From contig NW_014577065.1 in NCBI RefSeq assembly GCF_000485595.1, positions 928,070 to 973,614 on the forward strand: a DNA stretch of 45,545 nucleotides. Reading direction: 5' to 3'. This DNA is from Priapulus caudatus. Its lineage: Eukaryota. The notes beneath the pieces were generated by a model. That model saw only the letters and a program-made list of their open reading frames with translations, made no database searches and was not told the DNA's origin. Both the position numbers and the translations under genes were made by a program. Of the stretch, positions 27,323 to 35,860 are shown piece by piece (the first letter of the stretch is position 1; each line of letters starts with the position of its first letter).

Positions 27323-28257
27323 ATCTCACCTTGACAAAGTGGCGAGTGTCGCAACTCGTGGGCGACGTGTCATCGTGAAGCCAGATGCAGCTACCGCATC
27401 TACTTCCGGAGAAATTCTCGCAACCGAAGTCATTGGCGCAGGAAGGTTGGAAGATGGTGTAGAGCATGTCTGCCCGATAGTGGGAAATTATTCCATGGAT
27501 TCGAGACAGTTGTTTGTGGTGTTGAGACTATGACTAATGACATTGGTCAATGACATTGGACTAATGGCATTGATCAGTGATGTGGGATGTTCTGAGTGTG
27601 ATATGTAGGGATTTGTGGGCCATGATGTGTGGCTTAAACAGACGGGTCGCTGGTGAAGTTGTGGAGATATGGTGCATGGTGTGTACTTCGTAAGTTACGG
27701 ATTAAATGGATTGGCCGTCTTGGAAGTTTCAGGATGCGGGCATGATTTACGTGCTGAGGGATTGGGGGAATTGTACGAGCTGTGGCGGAGTTTTATGACT
27801 ACGGTGTAAGGTTAAGCCCTAGACATTAAGGTATGGTTGACCACACGGCGGTGTGTGTAATGTGTTGAGAGTGTGCGCATGCCACATGGAGAGCCTTATT
27901 ATGAACCGTAATGCTTAACCCTGACACCTGAAACTTACGCGGGGCGTCCTAATGACTGCGTGTGCATCACCTTATTGTGAGGCCGAACAGGGCCTTGTTG
28001 ATGACAAAACAGGTCGCGCCACTTTTTGTACTTCTTTCGACGCTTGAAAAAAGGTGGCTGAGGCGAAATGGTCGGCAGAAAATTGGCAGTTTGCGTTTTT
28101 TTGCTGCGCTGTGGAACTCGCCCCAATCTGTTATCGTAAATGATGTGCATTTTCGCCCCAAATGATGTGTAATGCTTATTTTCGTATGAGAACGGCCTGT
28201 CTAAGCATAGGGTTACGGCTGCAATCATTTCGTCTAAAAGCCGTGTACAAGTGTGTC

Positions 28258-28385
28258 TAAGAAAACACAAGGTCAACAGGTGCAGACAATACGCATCGAG
28301 TCTATGCACTGGCTGCACTACACCCGGCTACAAAGTCAACATTCCATGTACATGACCATGTTAGTGGTAAAATGAGTGAGCGAGT

Positions 28386-28433
<48 letters not shown>

Positions 28434-28505
28434 GTGTGTGTGTGCGTGCGCGTGTGCGTGTGCGTGTGCGTGTGCGTGTGCGTGTGCGTGCGCGTGCGCG
28501 CGCGC

Positions 28506-28548
<43 letters not shown>

Positions 28549-28576
28549 GACGAGAGAGAGAGAGAGTAGAGAGTAG

Positions 28577-28645
<69 letters not shown>

Positions 28646-28864
28646 GTACGACGAGGAGACGGTACGGTACGGTAAGGTTCGTACGTACGGTGACCGTAGT
28701 AGTTTAAGGTTCGACCGGTTAACGNNNNNNNNNNTAAGAAAACACAAGGTCAACAGGTGCAGACAATACGCATCGAGTCTATGCACTGGCTGCACTACAC
28801 CCGGCTACAAAGTCAACATTCCATGTACATGACCATGTTAGTGGTAAAATGAGTGAGCGAGTGA

Positions 28865-28927
<63 letters not shown>
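28258..28927 (+). repeat. Identical duplication flanking a 10-N gap (28258-28430 repeated at 28735-28910), with TG, AG and CGTGTG microsatellites
   Basis: TAAGAAAACACAAGGTCAACAGG...GAGTGAGCGAGTGAGTG is identical on both sides, and the second copy starts exactly at the gap edge. Likely an unmerged contig overlap. Confidence 0.9.
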
Positions 28928-28929
<2 letters not shown>

Positions 28930-30933
28930 AAAGAAAGACGCACTGCGAGCGAGCGAAAGGTTGCAGGTGCACATAAGTTTGCGTACGTGATCTTTCTAGT
29001 TGTGAAAGGTCAATTCTAATTTTATATTTGTTTAATATTCTCACTTGAAGTGTATTCGATGTATAGATACGCAGTCCTATACCCGTGGTGCCCATGCACT
29101 TTCTCTATAATTGCAGAAACTCCACTGCATCATTACCACATATGACCGCATGTTACCGACAAACAGCACTTGCTTTCACGGAAACGTGACGTCGAGCACT
29201 TAATTGTTCACTTAAAGTTACAGCGTATTTTTTTAATGCTATTAAACCTTGGTTATTTTAATAGTAATATATATATATATATATATATATTGATGTCAAA
29301 TACGTATTTATGTAATTGTCATGTGACCATTGACACATGGCACATAACTGTAATATGACAATTTAAAAGCAAACAGTAATTTTACGTCCCGTTGAAATGA
29401 TAAATTCTATGTATTTCAGTTGTAAATAGGAAAGGTGGAGAAGTGATTTCAGTGTTAAATTAAACGAATAGGCGGTATGAAGGCGGCGAAATAGAGCCAT
29501 CACTCGACAGCCGCTCGGGTTACGTTCTTGAAAAACGTTGCTTGACAAAACCTCGCTGAAAACGAGTTTCGCGTCAACTGGCTGCGTCTACGCAAATTGT
29601 TGCATGTTTTACATGTATGTCTCATTTCCTCTGAAACCACATAATAAACAATTAGAAAAACAGTATTGGTTTTAAAATTTTGCTTTTATAATATAAATAT
29701 TAAGATGAGGCTGGTTGATTATAATGCTAGCGAACGCTCATGTGTAGTCAATGATCGCTGATCCAAACTGGAACTTGAAACTGAAACGTGCTCGAATATG
29801 ATAGCGATGGCTGTGGTGAATATAAGCGGCTGCGAAGGCCCAATATATGAAGCTATTTAAAAAATTCACAATCCGTTGATCCATTGAACATGAGTCTTTG
29901 CGGTTGCTAGTTCTAGCAAACTATAATATTATATGTTCAATGTAAACTCGCAAAATCGCGATGGACTGGGCGTAGCTAGGGGCGACTGCACTGTCTGCCA
30001 TAGTCAGCGTGACGGCATGTTAGCGGTGGTGTAACTAATACCTATATCAGGACACCTAACTATTTTACAGCTGATTAATTTATAGCCATGCCAAGTTCTA
30101 CACGTAGGAATTTAGTTTTACCTGATAAGAATTTACTTTTTTGATAGAAGATTTACCGTTACGAGCGCAATCCAAATAATTTAAATATAATTAACGGAAT
30201 TTTATTTGCTCTAGTTCTTACAAATCGATTTCAAAGTTCTGTCATGTGTAGCTGATCTGCTTCGGTAATGTACGAGTGAGGCGTGGTTTTGCCCAGTGCT
30301 TCCGCCATCTTTCCTTCGGTGTATGCTAAGCATTTCATTTCGAGGCGTATGTCAGCAGGCAGCGAGGGTGCAAAACTCTACATCTATCACTACGAGATCA
30401 TACCACGAGATATATGCGATGTTTTTAGAGAGACAGAGGATAATGACTGACAAAACGCGTTATCGAAGCTGCTCAGCGGATGCAGCAAAGTGAATCATTT
30501 CGACTGACGGATATGCACAAGACGTCGTGGCTCATTGATCGCAGTAGTTGGCGCGGCTAAATAGAATTTTCCCTCTCGACACCATCTGCAAAAGGTTGAA
30601 GCTAAAAAACCACTGAATAAATAAACCTTTAACCCGGTAGGCTGTCTTGTGATGGCACCCAACGTGGCCGGCGATATCAAGTTCGCACGGCACTGCATTT
30701 GGAAGCTCGACGCGGCGGGAGCATTTCGCGCGAGCAAAAAAACGAGACCAAACAAAGTGTCGCTGCTGTAAAGTATGTAAAGGGTTACGGGAGCATCAAC
30801 TCTGGGTCGGGGCGGGTCAGAGCCCGCATCTTGTGAGATCGCGCTCTCGCGAGGCGGGGGCCTTGCGGGGAACGAGCACAGCGACGGGAGAAATTCTAAA
30901 TGGGGAAACGACCGCATCGCGCAAAATGGGAGA

Positions 30934-30965
30934 GGGTTAGGGTTAGGGTTAGGGTTAGGGTTAGG
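30934..30965 (+). repeat. Short interstitial (TTAGGG)n-type tract
   Basis: (GGGTTA)5GG. Confidence 0.9.
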
Positions 30966-31317
30966 ATCCCCCGCACTCTACAACCTAGTAGTGGTCCCAC
31001 CGGAGGAGAAGGAAAAGGAGCAAGGATGCTCCGAAGAGAAGTTCACACGTGTAACATCGTTGTAGCGTCAAGCGCGCATTTCTCATCCAGATTATATCTT
31101 TTGCGATTAGTTCCGTTGCAGTATTTATAGCGGAATTTAAATGCTATCCGGCGGTGCGCGTAATCACGTGTGAAACATTATGATTATGCGTACGAAATGA
31201 TGCATTTAGACACAATTTTCTAAGACGAGTAATCTTTAACGAGATTAAAAAATGCGGTATAGAAATAACATTTGACGAGAAATAATATCATTTCGAAATG
31301 CGGCCATCACGCCAGGC

Positions 31318-31403
31318 ACGTGCGTGCGTGCGTGCGTACGTGCGTGCGTGCGTGCGTGCGTGCGGGCGTGTGTGTGTGCGTGCCGGCGTGCGTGCGTGCG
31401 TGC
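31318..31403. repeat. (CGTG)n tetranucleotide repeat
   Basis: Tandem GCGT units. Confidence 0.92.
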
Positions 31404-32260
31404 ATCAGCATTGCGTTAACGTCTTCCTGACCTCGTCTTCCTCGTAGCTTAGCAGAATGCAGGCATACTTGCCGGATATACCGTGTTTATGTGGCTTGAT
31501 GAGGTACATACACGTGGTGGGACCGGCCGCTAACACAAACAAATGCGAAACAAACATTTCACCCTCATCTCTTTCCACTCACCCCGTTTCCCCCACCACT
31601 TCCTGCCGAAGACAATTACGCACATTAAAAAGTGAAAACTCGATTTTCCCGGAGAACGAAAACACAGGGATTTTGGGCGGCATATACGCGCGTCGATAGG
31701 ATCGTAGTAATCGCCTAGTATTTGCAAACAAGAGAAAACGAGCGATCATAAGGCACCGCAGATGTATAGAGAAGCGGCCGAGAGCACAGGCACTTGAAAC
31801 GTCTCAATAAAAAAAAGGGTAAATAAACACGAAATGTACCAAAGTCTTAATGTTTCTCTACTCTATTTCGCCTATAATCACCTGTAAATGCCGGTCTAAT
31901 GCTCATCTACAACACACAAGTACACCGCACGCCCGCCCTGTGCTGCGTGCACAAACAACATGAATAAGAGAGTTCGCTGGTGGGTGGGGGGGGGGAAAGG
32001 TGAGCCCCGTATTTTATTAATAGAATGTTTTTCGGCCCGGGTGAGAGAGCGTCTTCGGGCGCGCGGGCGTTTACCAGCAAAGATACTCGCGGCCCACGTT
32101 AATCACGCTGGCGAATCTGTCACGCACATGCGGAAGGAGTTAGAACGATGAAACCGTCCAGCTGCTACGTATCAAGTCCCAGTTTTCGGCGATAAACGCT
32201 GCGAGCGCGTCAAGCGAGTCTTACGTCGACCCATCGCGAAGAAACGGCGCGCGAGCCGTC

Positions 32261-32579
32261 GCGTGCATACGTGCGTGCGTGCGAGCGTGCGTGCGTGTGT
32301 GCAAGCGCGTGTGCGTGCGTGCGTGCGTGCGTGCGTGCATACGTGCGTGCGTGCGAGCGTGCGTGCGTGCGTGTGTGCGAGCGCGTGTGCGTGCGCGCGT
32401 GCGTGCGTGCGTGCTTACGTACAAGCGAGCGTACGTGCGAGCGAGCGTATGTACGAGCGTGCGTGCGTGTGTGCGTGCGTGCGTACGACCGTGCGTGCGT
32501 GCGACCGTGCGTGCGTGCGTGCGTGTGTGTGCGTGCGACCGTGCGTGCGTGCGACCGTGCGTGCGTGTTCGTGCGTACG

Positions 32580-32614
<35 letters not shown>

Positions 32615-32625
32615 ACGCGTGCGTG
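32261..32625. repeat. Long imperfect (CGTG)n array
   Basis: GCGT units with GCGA, ACGT and ACCG variants. It is the source of the ACVR and THAR ORFs. Confidence 0.93.
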
Positions 32626-32674
32626 CTCCGGCTTCGTTGGTGTCGTCTCGTCCGATCACCAGTATGTATACTAC

Positions 32675-32722
32675 CAAGAGCGTATTAAGAAGGTTCTTAA
32701 GAAGCCTCTTAATACGCTCTTG
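32675..32722. mobile_element. Palindromic TIR-only remnant with a 7-bp TSD (putative P-superfamily excision footprint), CAAGAG type
   Basis: CAAGAGCGTATTAAGA (32675-32690) and TCTTAATACGCTCTTG (32707-32722) form a perfect 16-bp IR. It is flanked by perfect ATACTAC at 32668-32674 and 32723-32729. Confidence 0.78.
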
Positions 32723-33073
32723 ATACTACTACTACTATGCGCACACGCACGGGGAAAGCGTTCGCTCGTTTGAGATGTTGTCTTTTCGTTGTTGTACATA
32801 ACAGAGTTCTGTATATAAGGAACGCTTCATATAAGGAACGGTTCTGAACGGTGAGAATAATAAACATCGACTGATTGAGGGTCAATGCGTAAAAACATCA
32901 GGTCTCATTTCAGGTTTTTCTCCGGCAGGTATGTACGTGTGAGCTGAAGCCACATGTTCATTCGACCGCCGATTTTTTTTCCAAAGGAACATGACGAAAT
33001 ACCTCGAGTATGTACGAGAGCGAGTGAGATAGAGCGCGCGCGCGAAAGAGAGCAAAAGAGAAAGAGAGCGAGC

Positions 33074-33116
<43 letters not shown>

Positions 33117-33204
33117 NNNNNNNNNNNNNNNNNNNNNNNNNTCCGGTATACCGGACCGTACCCAGGGTACGTTCCGTCAGTACCCCGGGGGACATAGACC
33201 CTCT

Positions 33205-33250
33205 CAGCAGCAGTAGCAGTAGCAGTAGCAGTAGCAGTAGCAGTAGCAGT

Positions 33251-33311
<61 letters not shown>

Positions 33312-33342
33312 ATAGTAATAGTAATAGTAATAGTAGTAGTAA

Positions 33343-33377
<35 letters not shown>

Positions 33378-33653
33378 TCTGCAGCAGCAGCAGTAGTAGC
33401 AGCAGCAGTAGCAGTAGCAGCAGCAGCAGCAGTAGCAGCAGCAGCAGCAGTAGCAACAGCAACAGCAGAGGCAGAAGGGGGAGTCGTAGTAGTAGGCTAG
33501 TAGCAGTAGCAGTAGCAGTAGCAGTAGCAGCAACAGAAGAAGAAGGAGGCAAGGAGTAGTAGTAGCAACAGTAGTAGTAGTTGCAGGCAGCAGCCGCAGC
33601 AGCAGCCGCAGCAGCAGAAGCAGAAGCAGAAGGAGGAAGAGGAGGAGCAGTAG
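33205..33653. repeat. Compound (AGT)n/(AGC)n/(AGCAGT)n microsatellite
   Basis: Trinucleotide runs. They are the source of the poly-S, poly-L and poly-Y ORFs. Confidence 0.95.
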
Positions 33654-33822
33654 CACAGCGCGTTATTTTTAATGTGCCTGCGTCGCCCTGGTGTCACATT
33701 AGATCGTTCGCTTCTCGCGTCGATTTCACACGTTTACAATGCGGATGTTTAAATACCAACTGTACATGTAGTGTAGGGTGCTATATATGTGGATATGGGT
33801 AGTTTTTAGGATGGATATATAT

Positions 33823-33864
33823 TAAGTGTACATAATAGAGATGGCTCTCTATTATGTACTCTTG
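33823..33864. mobile_element. Palindromic TIR-only remnant, CAAGAG type
   Basis: TAAGTGTACATAATAGAGA-TGGC-TCTCTATTATGTACTCTTG has a perfect 14-bp core stem and 17/19 matches overall. ATATAT lies on both sides. The arm is nearly identical to that at 6003-6045. Confidence 0.68.
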
Positions 33865-34292
33865 ATATATATAATGTAGACTAGGCATCGTCTAGATTTC
33901 CTGCAGTTGCAATAAGCGGCTTCTGTAATGAATATGTTGAAGATGGAACATACAGAGATTTGCACGTACTCGTATTCTAGCCATTGCGAGGATTTCACAT
34001 TTACAAAATACGAAATGCGAGCGTAGCGAATTTCACTATCATATGATTACACTATATCAAAGTCATTTCGTCGGCATGTTGATATCATAAAAAAAGCGAA
34101 TTGAAGTCAGCCGCCTTCAACCCTGGGAAGTGGACATTGTTGTAACTTCGTCACATTTCACGCTAGATTGATTACATCAAGAGCGTATAAAGAAGGAGAG
34201 TGTACAACGGTGAAATGCTGAAACCATGTTGCAGTATTAGTCGAATTAATAATTCTTTGCAGTATTATTGATCAGCTGTCCTACCTTGTTAA

Positions 34293-34790
34293 AGCCTATA
34301 TTGCGAGATTTTTGCTCAGAAAAACTAAATATAGCTGAATATAGTCTCACCTGACAGCGAAGATATCACTGATTACACCAACATTAAAAATACTAAGATT
34401 TCATGCAGTTATAGCATAGAAAATTGGATATGAACACATCGTAACAGCAATGCATTTTATCGTGTCGCGATAATGCCTAATGGCAGAATTGGTAAACTTG
34501 TATTTGTGTCGGTGATGAATTGAAAACAAGTGCGTGCCTGTATACTGTGTCTATATGTACTCTTATGGCAGATAAGCGGTGGCGCCACAAGCTAATCCAT
34601 ACTTCCTGTTAGTTCAAGATGACAGAAAACGAATGTTTACAAAAACGATTAGTTCGAAACTGGTAGTTTTCGGTGAATACAAAGGTTCTAAGACATTTTA
34701 TTGTTACTCTAGACAATTGCTGTTACTCAAGCAATAACGGTAGGTGTCATAAAAGTGGTGAAAACACAATATTTATTCGCAATAGTTACT
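34293..34790. mobile_element. Non-autonomous Kolobok-type DNA transposon, 498 bp
   Basis: TTAA duplication at 34289-34292 and 34791-34794. Termini are AG...CT, with an imperfect TIR AGCCTATATTGCGA / TCGCAATAGTTACT. The empty site with a single TTAA is visible in the opposite arm at about 36700-36720 (TTTATATTAACAAGGTAGG). Confidence 0.85.
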
Positions 34791-35135
34791 TTAATATAAA
34801 ACAAACCGCATGTCCCTACGATGCCCTTACGCTGAGATAATGAGCGGTGAAATTCTGGTATTTTCGCCGAAAACCGACTCCAGATCAGTCAGTACTGCGA
34901 CTGTCTTTCGTTTTGTGGCCAGTGTGTTGCTTTCGGTCGCCGTTGGTGGCGCTGACTAATTACGTCATTACTACGAAATTTACTACAGCATAGATATATA
35001 CAACACAGTATACCGTGTACCAATACAGTGTTGTATATATTACTAGCGGGATACCCGGCGTTGCCCGGGGAAATCAGTGGCGTTACTCAGTTGGTGACTG
35101 CTTGGTTGAAAGGAAAATACCCAAAAAAATCGAAC

Positions 35136-35468
35136 TATCTATCTATCCATGCATCCATCCATCCCATTCCATCCCATCCCATCCCATCCCATCGCACCGC
35201 ATCGCATCCCATTCCATCCCATATCCCATCCCATCCCATCGCATGCTATCTCATCGCATCCCAGGCCATGCCATGCCATGCCATCCCATCCCATCCCATC
35301 GCACCGCATCCCATGCCATGCCATGCCATGCCATCCCATCCCATCCCATCGCACCGCATCCCATCCCATTCCCATCCTATCCCATGCCATGCCATGCCAT
35401 GCCATGCCATGCCATCCCATGCCATGCCATGCCATGCCATGCTATGCCATCTCATCCCATCCCATCCC
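35136..35468. repeat. (CCATC/CCATG)n pentanucleotide array inside the Helitron
   Basis: ATCCC, ATGCC and ATCGC units. Confidence 0.95.
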
Positions 35469-35729
35469 AACAGTAAAAAATAATAAGAAATCAAAAGATA
35501 AGTCATTAAAATAAAAAATTATAAATAATAAAATGATATTATATAGAAAATGTAATAATATTTGATATGTAAACTACATAGGCTTCCGTGAAGTGTTCCC
35601 GTCAGTTCCCGCTATCATTATCATCTACCATAGTTTATTCTGGATTTTTACTAAACGTTTAAATGTGGTAATTAAGAATGTAGTAAAATTTTGAAATTAA
35701 GGGTGAATACGGCAGAAGTACATACTAAA

Positions 35730-35791
35730 CAGTCCAAAAGTAAAGAAACAAAGCATTTCCCAGTCCAAAAGTAAAGAAACAAAGCATTTCC
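35730..35791 (+). repeat. 31-bp perfect tandem duplication
   Basis: CAGTCCAAAAGTAAAGAAACAAAGCATTTCC at 35730-35760 and 35761-35791. Confidence 0.92.
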
Positions 35792-35860
35792 CGAGGTGGG
35801 ATTCGAACCCAGAATTAATGGTTTAGGAGTCCGATGCTTTATGCATTCGGGTACTGGGCC
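35788..35860 (-). pseudogene. tRNA-Arg(CCT)-derived pseudogene or SINE-head-like segment, 73 nt
   Basis: The minus strand reads GGCCCAGTACCCGAATGCATAAAGCATCGGACTCCTAAACCATTAATTCTGGGTTCGAATCCCACCTCGGGAA, colinear with eukaryotic tRNA-Arg-CCT as I recall it. The anticodon loop CT-CCT-AA and the B box GGTTCGAATCC are intact. The acceptor, D and anticodon stems are broken. Confidence 0.8.

Noticed and set aside
28645..28724. Odd TACG/GTAC-rich sequence beside a gap (similar at 33142-33200)
   Set aside because: It looks like a low-quality read tail after a microsatellite at a contig edge, not biological sequence.
28258..28927. LTR-like identical direct repeats
   Set aside because: The second copy begins exactly at a 10-N gap, with no TG..CA ends, PBS or TSD. 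It fits an unmerged contig overlap.
32802..32846. CAGAGTTC...TATAAGGAAC...TTCTG as another footprint
   Set aside because: Inverted symmetry is weak and there is no flanking 7-bp direct repeat.
32905..33656. Poly-L, poly-S and poly-Y ORFs
   Set aside because: They are translations of the AGT/AGC microsatellite and span an N gap.
35788..35860. Functional tRNA-Arg gene
   Set aside because: There are multiple mismatches in the acceptor, D and anticodon stems and the D-loop GG is lost, so it is kept only as a pseudogene.
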